A stretch of 13,174 bases of DNA from an uncultured archaeon (GTDB taxonomy: Archaea > Aenigmatarchaeota > Aenigmatarchaeia > GW2011-AR5): the NCBI GenBank assembly GCA_964373695.1, contig CAYJVT010000022.1, positions 1 to 13,174 of the forward strand, read 5' to 3'. A model generated the notes under the pieces. It saw nothing but the letters and a program-made list of their open reading frames with translations. It was not told where the DNA came from and searched no databases. Shown here piece after piece: positions 1-6,887 of this stretch (positions within the stretch are counted from its first letter, which is position 1; each line of letters starts with the position of its first letter). The position numbers were made by a program, and so were the translations under genes.

Positions 1-179
1 CTATATGTGAAACCAGAATTCATGTCCAGATTCTTTTCTGGTTTCACTATAAAAGTGGAATCTGAGATGCTCAATGAACTTGTTGTATTTGAATGCACAA
101 AGACCAAAGGTCTTTGGCATCTCAAAAGAGCTTTGCTCTTTTGCAGACAAGCCACCGTCTTCAGACGGTGGTCATTGAC
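1..179 (+). mobile_element. IS200/IS605-family element end with structured (omegaRNA-like) RNA; left part lies outside the window
   Basis: Terminal motif AAGCCACCGTC-TTCA-GACGGTGG-TCATTGAC (149-179) resembles IS200/IS605 subterminal hairpin ends. It is preceded by perfect stems 7-18/36-47, 98-105/109-116 and 123-131/135-143. No TnpA or TnpB motif is visible in the window. Confidence 0.65.
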
Positions 180-359
180 AAAGACCTCTTAGAGATTTCT
201 TAGGTGCATGAAAAGAGGGGGATCCGGAAGAAATACAAAATAGGATAAAAGAAATAAGAAAAAAAACTTCAGATTCTATCGAGAAAAGACGGGAAAAACT
301 TGATGCCCAGATTAAAGATATAGAATCAAGAAAAGACAAAATCAATGAAAAGCACTAAT
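180..359 (+). pseudogene. 3' remnant of a charged coiled-coil protein gene truncated at the element boundary
   Basis: Frame 3 from 180 reads KDLLEIS*VHEKEGDPEEIQNRIKEIRKKTSDSIEKRREKLDAQIKDIESRKDKINEKH*. This is protein-like, with one internal TAG (201-203). It could instead be a 51-aa ORF from GTG 204. Confidence 0.4.
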
Positions 360-411
360 AAAAATTTAGTGGCGATGTGTTGCATTCTACGTTCATCGCA
401 TTGCTAGAAAT

Positions 412-1338
412 TTACCCTTTCAGTTCCTCTTCGCGCGCTTTCTTCTCGACTTCCTCTTCTATGTCGAGGGCTTCGGCCATCTCCTTGTAGCGGTTGCGTA
501 TGGTGACTTCCGTAACGCCCACGACGTCGGCGACCTCCCTCTGGGTCTTCCTCTCGCCTTCCAGCACGCTGGCTATGTAAATGGCAGCGGCTGCGCATCC
601 GCAGGGGCCCTTGCCGGAAATTATGTCCTTTTCCTTCGCGGTCTTCAGTATCTTTATTGCGCGCATCTGCGTGCGGTCCGAAAGCTTCAGCATCGAAGAG
701 AAGCGTGGAATATAGGTCTCGGCCCTGGCAGGCAAAATCCTTATGTCTAGTTTTCTTGAAATGTACCTGTAAGTACGTCCTAGCTCTCTCTTGCCTATGC
801 CAGATGCCTGAGAAATCTCAGTTAATGTCCTTGGAGTTTCATACTCTCTTGACAATGAGTATACAAGCGCGGCTATAATCGACTCTATGCTGCGGCCCCT
901 TACAAGGCCCTTCTGCAGCGCCTTTTCGTACAGCTTCGCCACCTCTTCGTGCAGGGTCTTCGGAAGGCCCAGATACGAAATGAGACGCTGAAGCTCCGAA
1001 AGCGCGAAAGACATATTCCTGTCCTTCGAGGTCAGAAGGCGCTTCTGCCACTTCCTTATACGGAAGAACTGCGAACGTTTCTTGGCAGGAACCTTGAACA
1101 ATTCAGTGGAGCCTTTGCCTATTTCAGTAGTAAGGCCTTTATCATGACGCTTGTGCGTGAGCGGAGCTCCTGTACGAGCTCTCTTGACCTTCTGGTCATG
1201 GTCGAAAGCACGCCAGTCCTGGCCCGTGTCTATCATGCTGTCCTGTATAACTATACCGCACTTTGCGCAAACCTTCTCGGCCTTCTCGGAATCGTTATAG
1301 AAGTGCTTAGAACCGCACTCAGGACATTTGTCTACCAT
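412..1338 (-). CDS. tfb: Transcription initiation factor IIB (TFB)
   Basis: Zn ribbon CPECGS...CAKCG, B-reader DWRAF, two cyclin folds and C-terminal TEVTIRNRYKE. ATG 1338 is preferred over TTG 1359 because GGTG lies just upstream. Confidence 0.97.
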   Translation of the reverse strand: MVDKCPECGSKHFYNDSEKAEKVCAKCGIVIQDSMIDTGQDWRAFDHDQKVKRARTGAPLTHKRHDKGLTTEIGKGSTELFKVPAKKRSQFFRIRKWQKRLLTSKDRNMSFALSELQRLISYLGLPKTLHEEVAKLYEKALQKGLVRGRSIESIIAALVYSLSREYETPRTLTEISQASGIGKRELGRTYRYISRKLDIRILPARAETYIPRFSSMLKLSDRTQMRAIKILKTAKEKDIISGKGPCGCAAAAIYIASVLEGERKTQREVADVVGVTEVTIRNRYKEMAEALDIEEEVEKKAREEELKG

Positions 1339-1376
1339 TTCTAACCACACCAAATCCAATTACTACTTTATTAAGG

Positions 1377-1396
1377 TGACATCGTCTCCGATGTCA
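1377..1396. promoter_or_regulatory. Inverted repeat near the predicted tfb transcription start
   Basis: TGACATCG-tctc-CGATGTCA, a perfect 8-bp stem between the putative TATA box (1421-1428) and the start codon. Confidence 0.4.
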
Positions 1397-1420
1397 TGAA
1401 TCCATACTTATACCGAAACA

Positions 1421-1428
1421 TATTTAAA
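1421..1428 (-). promoter_or_regulatory. Putative TATA box of tfb
   Basis: TTTAAATA on the minus strand in an AT-rich divergent intergenic region. Confidence 0.45.
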
Positions 1429-1608
1429 GGTTTTGGTGTTTATAAAGGGAAAGCTTATAAGCGTAACGCATCACGGATGTGTTGCATGAAGTGTTGATTT
1501 TCGGTCATTTTTATGAATGTTGCGCATTTGTTGTTGCCTGCTTTAACAGTGAAAGCCAGTTGTTCTGAGCAAGATTGAGGTCTATACCGCTTGCGAATGT
1601 ATCAATGT

Positions 1609-1643
1609 ATTCCGATTTAAACGTCTAAAATTCCGCCGTATTT
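1609..1643. repeat. Dispersed 35-bp repeat, copy 1 (copy 2 at 9601-9635)
   Basis: 28/35 ungapped identity, including exact GATTTAAA and AATTCCGCCGT. Both copies are intergenic. Confidence 0.55.
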
Positions 1644-1671
1644 ATGGATGGATAGTGGAATTTTGACGTGC

Positions 1672-1699
1672 AAATCCACTGTTTTAAAACAGTGGATTT
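1672..1699. repeat. Perfect 28-bp palindrome related to the IS200/IS605-type hairpin at 149-171
   Basis: AAATCCACTGTTTT|AAAACAGTGGATTT. Positions 1673-1695 match 149-171 at 17/23, with two compensatory C-G to T-A pair changes. Confidence 0.6.
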
Positions 1700-1705
1700 T
1701 TAAAC
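1698..1705 (+). promoter_or_regulatory. Putative TATA box of the UPF0104 gene
   Basis: TTTTAAAC 21-28 nt upstream of ATG 1726, the spacing expected for a leaderless archaeal transcript. Confidence 0.45.
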
Positions 1706-1725
1706 TTAATTTTGGAATGTTTCAC

Positions 1726-2712
1726 ATGCTGAAACCAGCTATCCTCCTAATAATAGGAATAATAGCCACTATGTTAGTAGCAGGATACTTCGGCTTCTCC
1801 GAAATCTGGGCCGCAGTCCAGAATGCGGACTTTAACTATATCATATTGGCGCTTGTGCTCCAGATTATTGCTATTATCCTTCTTTCAGTGAGGATTATTG
1901 TAGTATCAAGGCCGCAGGGGTATATGGGCTTTGCCAGAGCCTTTAAGGTCACCATGTTCGGCATGGTGATAAATTTCATCACGCCCGTGGCCAAGGTTGG
2001 CGGCGAGCCCCTGAAGATATATATGCTGAAGAAAAATTTCGGCACTTCGAAATCATCTGCGATAGTCTCAATAGACACAGTGACGGAGATAATAGCGTCC
2101 TTCATCACAGCCATGGCCATATTCCTCATTTTCATAAAGTTTCTTCCTGCATCCCTGTACGCATATTTTATTATCTTCTTCATTATAGTCATTATTTCCC
2201 TAGCCTTTGTATTCAAGATACTGACCGACTTCTCGTGGCTGAAAAAAATAGTCGATTGGTTCATTAAAAAAATATCAAAATACAGGAAAGTCGGCAACGT
2301 AGATTATGCAAAGATATTTCATTCCACATTCTCGCAGCTGATAAGCAACAAAAAGATGATGGGATGGGCTTTCGTGATAACATTTGCAACTAAAATCCTG
2401 GAATTCGCCCGCATATGGCTTGTGTTCCTTGCGCTGGGAACTGTACTGCCTCTTGATGTCGTTTTGATACTGTGGGCTGTCCTGCTCATACTCTCTATGA
2501 TTCCATGGCTGCCGAACGGGCTCGGGCTTGTGGAATTCGGCGGCATTTCCGCTTTCATCATTTTCGGCATACCGAAGGGCGTTGCCGCTTCAGGCATGCT
2601 CATAGATAGGTTTATCTCCTTCTGGTTCATAATGGTATTGGGCGCCGTGATGCTCTATATGTCAAGAAGAAGTGCAGATGAGCGCATGCCGGAATTAAAA
2701 AAGAGGGTGTAG
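1726..2712 (+). CDS. UPF0104 / lysylphosphatidylglycerol-synthase TM-region (flippase-like) membrane protein
   Basis: Multi-TM protein with NFITPVAKVGGEPLKIYML, IPWLPNGLGLVE and LIDRFISFW motifs. The start is uncertain (1648, 1717 or 1726). 1726 is preferred because the 1648 extension runs through the palindrome and TATA box. Confidence 0.85.
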   Translation: MLKPAILLIIGIIATMLVAGYFGFSEIWAAVQNADFNYIILALVLQIIAIILLSVRIIVVSRPQGYMGFARAFKVTMFGMVINFITPVAKVGGEPLKIYMLKKNFGTSKSSAIVSIDTVTEIIASFITAMAIFLIFIKFLPASLYAYFIIFFIIVIISLAFVFKILTDFSWLKKIVDWFIKKISKYRKVGNVDYAKIFHSTFSQLISNKKMMGWAFVITFATKILEFARIWLVFLALGTVLPLDVVLILWAVLLILSMIPWLPNGLGLVEFGGISAFIIFGIPKGVAASGMLIDRFISFWFIMVLGAVMLYMSRRSADERMPELKKRV

Positions 2713-2717
2713 AAGAA

Positions 2718-2924
2718 ATGATATCGTTGCTCTCTCTCGAAAGGATAGCGAAGAAGACCGGCATCAGGCGCATATCGAAGGAGGCGCTAGAGGAGCTGCG
2801 CGAGATAATATCCGAGGAAGGCATGAGAATAGCGGAAAAATCCGTGAAACTCAGCGCCCACGCGAACAGGCGCACCGTGATGCAGGACGACATCAGGCTC
2901 GCGGCCGGAAAGGAAAAGGAATAG
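2718..2924 (+). CDS. Archaeal histone (HMf-type histone fold)
   Basis: 68 aa with G-I-R-R-I-S loop 1, A-x-H-A-x-R-R-T-V loop 2 and D-I in helix 3. Confidence 0.9.
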   Translation: MISLLSLERIAKKTGIRRISKEALEELREIISEEGMRIAEKSVKLSAHANRRTVMQDDIRLAAGKEKE

Positions 2925-3031
2925 CTGAAGAATTGTCGAAAAATTACGCGCCACATACGCAAAGAGCGCCGCGATGAGGATTTGGAACCTATTTATTTGT
3001 TGGCTTCAATGAATTATGAGGAGTTTTTCTC

Positions 3032-3421
3032 GTGGAAAAGAAGCAGACGGAGATAAAGAACCTGAAGCCTGGCAATTTTGTGCTTATTGATGACATACCG
3101 ATGAAAGTGGACAAGCTCCAGACGTCGAAGTCGGGCAAGCACGGTGCGGCGAAGGCAAGGCTTTTCGCATCGGGGCTCTTTGACAATGTCAAGAAGATAA
3201 TAGTAAAGCCCGGCGACTCCAGGATGGACGTGCCTGTGGTAGAGAAGAGGAACTGCCAGGTGGTGGCCCTGACAGAAGATGCAGCGCAGCTCATGGACCT
3301 CGAGGACTATTCCATGTCAGAGCTCCGCATACCCGAAGAGCTGAAAGGAATGCTCACAGAAGGCGACGAGGTCCTCATATGGAAGTTCGGCAGCTATGCA
3401 ATGATAAAGGGCAAGAAATAA
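3032..3421 (+). CDS. eif5a: Translation factor aIF5A
   Basis: Hypusination loop SKSGKHGAAKAR. GTG start with GAGGAG Shine-Dalgarno at 3018-3023. Confidence 0.96.
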   Translation: MEKKQTEIKNLKPGNFVLIDDIPMKVDKLQTSKSGKHGAAKARLFASGLFDNVKKIIVKPGDSRMDVPVVEKRNCQVVALTEDAAQLMDLEDYSMSELRIPEELKGMLTEGDEVLIWKFGSYAMIKGKK

Positions 3422-3468
3422 GAATTCCGGTCCGTTCAGGATAAGAATTTCGCTTTGCATATATATTC

Positions 3469-4476
3469 ATGAAGCTCATAGCCGGCGTCGACCCAGGCAT
3501 GAAAACCGGGGTGGCCGCGGTTGACATGAGCTCCGATTTCTACAAAACTTTCACAGTTAAAGGCCCGGCTGGCGACGTATGTGCCGTTCTCATAGAGCAT
3601 GGCGAGCCCGTCATAATCGCTTCCGATAAGGCGAAACTGCCTGATTTCGTCAGGCGCGTGGCGTCGTCATTCAACGCAAGAAGCTTCCATCCTTCGAAGG
3701 ATGCAAGCATCCCGGAAAAGAGACTCCTGACGGAGGGGATGGAATTCTCCAACGACCACGAGATGGATGCGCTGGCTGCGGCACTTCTCGCGAAAAAGGA
3801 ATACTCGAAAATGTTCGGGAAAGTTGACGCCGTTCTCAAGGCCAGGAAAATGAGCGACATATCGGACGAAGTGAAGGAGCTTCTTGTGAAGGAAGAGGCC
3901 GCCAACATAGAGAAGGCCCTTAAGATGCTGTCAAGGGATGAAAAGAGCGGCGTCGTATACGTGCCGAGGTGGATAGAGTCCAGGCGCGTCTACAGCCTGA
4001 AGAAGAGGCTGCATGAGCTGGAAAGGCTCGCGGAGAGGCAGAAGGCCCTTATAAAGAGGCTGGAAGAGCCGAAGGTCGTGATGACAGGAAGGCCCGTAAA
4101 CACCGCGAAAAGCGTAAGGCTTCTGGAAGCGGAGAACAAGAGGCTCAGGAAAGCGGCCGACGACAGACGGCAGCGGGCCGAGCTGGAGAGGGGGTTTGAA
4201 ATCGTCCGCATGCCTTCGGAGCCCGAAGGAAACGTTTTCCTTGTGAGGAACTCCAGGGAGGCGAGGCTTGCGGAGTCCAAGAATCCGTCGATGCTGATAG
4301 CCGAAGGCTTCGAGCCCGACAGCGCCGTGCCATTCGTAGACGCGGGAAGGATAAGGATGGAAAAAAGGTCAGGCTTGGTGCTCGTCAGGAAGGACGACCT
4401 CAGGAAGGCCTTCAACGAGGGCTTCATGAACTACATGCGCCTGTACAGGAAGAGGTTCGACGCGAAACGAGGATGA
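3469..4476 (+). CDS. DUF460-family protein (RNase H-like fold plus coiled coil)
   Basis: GVDPG..TGVA, IIASD and NDHEMDALAAA motifs followed by a coiled-coil segment. Confidence 0.8.
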   Translation: MKLIAGVDPGMKTGVAAVDMSSDFYKTFTVKGPAGDVCAVLIEHGEPVIIASDKAKLPDFVRRVASSFNARSFHPSKDASIPEKRLLTEGMEFSNDHEMDALAAALLAKKEYSKMFGKVDAVLKARKMSDISDEVKELLVKEEAANIEKALKMLSRDEKSGVVYVPRWIESRRVYSLKKRLHELERLAERQKALIKRLEEPKVVMTGRPVNTAKSVRLLEAENKRLRKAADDRRQRAELERGFEIVRMPSEPEGNVFLVRNSREARLAESKNPSMLIAEGFEPDSAVPFVDAGRIRMEKRSGLVLVRKDDLRKAFNEGFMNYMRLYRKRFDAKRG

Positions 4477-4595
4477 AATTAATTATAGGAAACCTTGAGA
4501 TGTCCGACCCATTCGATACTTACGAGGAGCATACCGGCGAAATAGATAAATTGATGAAAGAGTTATTAATTCGGCCCATCAAAATATATAGATGA
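4473..4595 (+). CDS. Unannotated 40-aa protein
   Basis: MKLIIGNLEMSDPFDTYEEHTGEIDKLMKELLIRPIKIYR*. It has an ATGA overlap with the DUF460 stop (4473-4476) and an ATGA overlap with the archaeosortase start (4592-4595). Confidence 0.7.
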   Translation: MKLIIGNLEMSDPFDTYEEHTGEIDKLMKELLIRPIKIYR

Positions 4596-5140
4596 AGGTA
4601 AGGCTGAACGAGAAGGAAAGAAGGGTAATATTGTTTTTTGTGAAGTTCAACGTCTTCGCCGTGCCGCTTTACTTGCTGCTGTCAGTCGGCGCGGACTTCT
4701 CGTGGCTGCAGAATGCCGTCGCCGGTGTCACAATGGAGCTTCTGGCGGCGGCCGGCATAAGCGCCTCGCGTGACGGATATCTCATATCAATACCGGTCGA
4801 AGGAGGCAGCTGGGGGGGCTTCATAAACTCCGACTGCGTCGGCTGGAAAAGTGTTCTTGCATATCTGGCGCTGGTCATGGCCACCGACTTCCCCCCGAGG
4901 AAGAAGCTGACTGCTCTGGTTTTAGTGCCCGTCATATTTATCGCGAACCTCCTCCGCATATTCTTCATGTTCTTCTACGTGAGCACATGGGGTCTTGCCG
5001 GCTACGAGTTCGTCCACGCCATCGTGTGGAGCTGGGGGCTCCTCCTCATAGTCGCCGTCTCGTGGATTGCCTGGGCAAAATGGCTGCCGGAAACAAATAT
5101 ATATGGCGGAAAGGCAAATAATCAATATGCCCGGCCTTGA
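4592..5140 (+). CDS. Exosortase/archaeosortase family transpeptidase
   Basis: Multi-TM protein with the Cys (SDCVGW), Arg (NLLRI) and His (FVHAIVW) triad in the family order. Confidence 0.85.
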   Translation: MKVRLNEKERRVILFFVKFNVFAVPLYLLLSVGADFSWLQNAVAGVTMELLAAAGISASRDGYLISIPVEGGSWGGFINSDCVGWKSVLAYLALVMATDFPPRKKLTALVLVPVIFIANLLRIFFMFFYVSTWGLAGYEFVHAIVWSWGLLLIVAVSWIAWAKWLPETNIYGGKANNQYARP

Positions 5141-5624
5141 AGACAAGCTCAGAGAGATGGAAGAGCGCATAAACAGGATGGAAAACAAGCTGAAGCTGAG
5201 CCTTTTCGAGGTCGAGAAGCTCGTGAACCAGCCGAAACAAGAGGAGCCCGTGGAGGAAAGGCTGCTCGAGATGGAGGACCTCATACTTCTTCTGCAGCTC
5301 GAGGTGACGAAGATAAAGGACAAGGTAGGCCAGGACATAGACGTGGGCCTGACGCCGAAGGTTTCGCAGTCCGTTGACGACAGAATAACGAGGCTAGAGG
5401 AGGAAATATCCAACACCAGGCAGACGGAGCCCGCCCCTGAAATCCAGGAACGCGAAAGCCATTTATATGACGACAAGCCTGCCCACGAGGAAGTCCATGA
5501 AAGACAAACGCATCGCGGGCACGGCGAGAAGCAGTTGCAGAAGAAACGCAGGGATGAAGAGGATGAAACCATCCGCGTGAAGGGAAACGTCCTTGAGGAC
5601 CTGCAGAAGATACTCAACAAGTGA
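5127..5624 (+). CDS. Hypothetical acidic coiled-coil protein with a His-rich linker
   Basis: Heptad-rich N-terminus (MPGLEDKLREMEERINRME...), low-complexity middle and a terminal helix VLEDLQKILNK. Codon usage resembles the neighbours. The start could be 5103. Confidence 0.8.
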   Translation: MPGLEDKLREMEERINRMENKLKLSLFEVEKLVNQPKQEEPVEERLLEMEDLILLLQLEVTKIKDKVGQDIDVGLTPKVSQSVDDRITRLEEEISNTRQTEPAPEIQERESHLYDDKPAHEEVHERQTHRGHGEKQLQKKRRDEEDETIRVKGNVLEDLQKILNK

Positions 5625-6856
5625 GCATCATGAAAGTCGAACTTGAAAAGAGGATAAGCGATATAGAGGCTTCCCTTAGGCTCCTGGCCAACTACATGAA
5701 GAAGGAACATACCAGACTTGAAGCCCTCGCAAAGAAGGACGCCGGCTCCGAGGAGATAGAGGAGCTGAAGAAAAGGCTTGACGAGCGCGAATCAGCCCCG
5801 CATGAGGAGCCCATGAGCACCGACATGGAGAAGAAGCTCCAGTCAGAGGTCTCGAGGCTTGAAGGCCTCATCTATTCCATACCCAGGGAAAAGGCGCTCA
5901 AGGAATATTCCGAGAGCATGAAGGTTGCAGAAGAGCTGAAGAAAAGCGTTGACCTCAGGCTCCAGGTGGTGGAGGGAAAGATAAAGAACGCGGCTCAGGA
6001 CATAATTTCTTCCAAATTGGAGGACTTCGAGACGCTGCAGGACAGGTTCAAGAGGCTCGACGAAAGGGTGAGCAACGCTGTTTCCATACTGGAAGACATG
6101 AAGACATCGCAAGACGACGGCGCCGCGAAAAAGTTCGAGAAGCGCATCAAAGAGAGCTTGGAGGAAATGCAGGAGCAGCTCAAGAAAGAAAACAGGAGCG
6201 ATTCCAAGGAATACAAGAAGCTTGTTGACGCGCTTGATGACATGGAGAACAGGATGAAGCACTTCCAGAGGAAGGAAGACATGACGAGGATGCTCAGCGA
6301 GATAAAGGGACGGTTCGACGATTTTGATGGAAAGTTCAAGAATACGGATGTCAGCAGGCTTTCAGACGACATTTCTACAATGACGCAGCGCCTGGCCGAG
6401 ATGGAAAGCACTTTCGACCGCAGGCTCACCTCGGCGGAGAACAGCCACTATGACGAGCAGGACGTCATGGACGTCAGGAGCGATGTTGACGACATAGACA
6501 AGCGCCTCGTGGAGATGGAGATGAACATAAAGGACCTGAAAGGCCTGGAGACGCAGACCAGGAAGGCCTTGCAGCACCTCGAGAACTTTGACAGGGATGT
6601 GAAGATGGAATCGACGAAGTTCGTCACGGCGCAGCTCAGCGAGTTCGCGAAGCACGTTGACAGCAGGCTGCCGGCCGTCGTGACGCGCGACGAGTTCAGC
6701 CAGTCCATGATAGAGCTGAACCACAAGATAAGCATGCTCGAAACGCCCGACATGACGTATGTCAACAAGAGGATGCGCGCCCTGGAGGACAAGGTCAGCG
6801 AGGTATGCCACCTCCTCAAGTCCTTCAGCGACAGCTTTCCGGTTGTAGTCGAATAA
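5621..6856 (+). CDS. Hypothetical long coiled-coil protein (411 aa)
   Basis: Continuous heptad pattern with no TM segment or Walker motif. GTGA overlap with the upstream stop. Ends FPVVVE. Confidence 0.85.
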   Translation: MSIMKVELEKRISDIEASLRLLANYMKKEHTRLEALAKKDAGSEEIEELKKRLDERESAPHEEPMSTDMEKKLQSEVSRLEGLIYSIPREKALKEYSESMKVAEELKKSVDLRLQVVEGKIKNAAQDIISSKLEDFETLQDRFKRLDERVSNAVSILEDMKTSQDDGAAKKFEKRIKESLEEMQEQLKKENRSDSKEYKKLVDALDDMENRMKHFQRKEDMTRMLSEIKGRFDDFDGKFKNTDVSRLSDDISTMTQRLAEMESTFDRRLTSAENSHYDEQDVMDVRSDVDDIDKRLVEMEMNIKDLKGLETQTRKALQHLENFDRDVKMESTKFVTAQLSEFAKHVDSRLPAVVTRDEFSQSMIELNHKISMLETPDMTYVNKRMRALEDKVSEVCHLLKSFSDSFPVVVE

Positions 6857-6859
6857 CGC

Positions 6860-6866
6860 TTTTAAG
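6860..6866 (+). promoter_or_regulatory. Putative TATA box of the GGGPS gene
   Basis: TTTTAAG 22-28 nt upstream of ATG 6888. Confidence 0.4.
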
Positions 6867-6887
6867 CGCTGTTTTCATTAATTCTAA

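Noticed and set aside
1-179. HEARO/IscB omegaRNA on the minus strand
   Set aside because: It starts with the similar GTCAAnnACC hairpin, but I cannot see the downstream conserved HEARO blocks. Not fully excluded; it needs a covariance-model search.
7-192. 61-aa ORF as a TnpB/TnpA C-terminus or a real gene
   Set aside because: It has no RuvC, Zn-finger or HUH motifs and reads straight through stacked hairpins. It is best explained as an open frame across the structured element.
201-203. TAG read-through or recoding in the 180-359 frame
   Set aside because: TAG terminates clear genes in this window (2712, 2924, 12518), so a nonsense mutation is simpler.
374-1487. 12-bp direct repeat GATGTGTTGCAT flanking tfb (374-385, 1476-1487)
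   Set aside because: A few 12-mer matches are expected by chance in 13 kb, and there is no integrase or other sign of an island.
1510-1625. Minus-strand peptide-like frame (KSEYIDTFASGIDLNLAQNNWLSLLKQ...)
   Set aside because: It has no start codon after the upstream stop and no recognisable family.
5621-6856. SMC/Rad50, chemoreceptor or archaellum ArlC/D/E identity for the long coiled coil
   Set aside because: There are no Walker A/B or hinge motifs, no MCP hairpin signature, and no archaellum or chemotaxis context.
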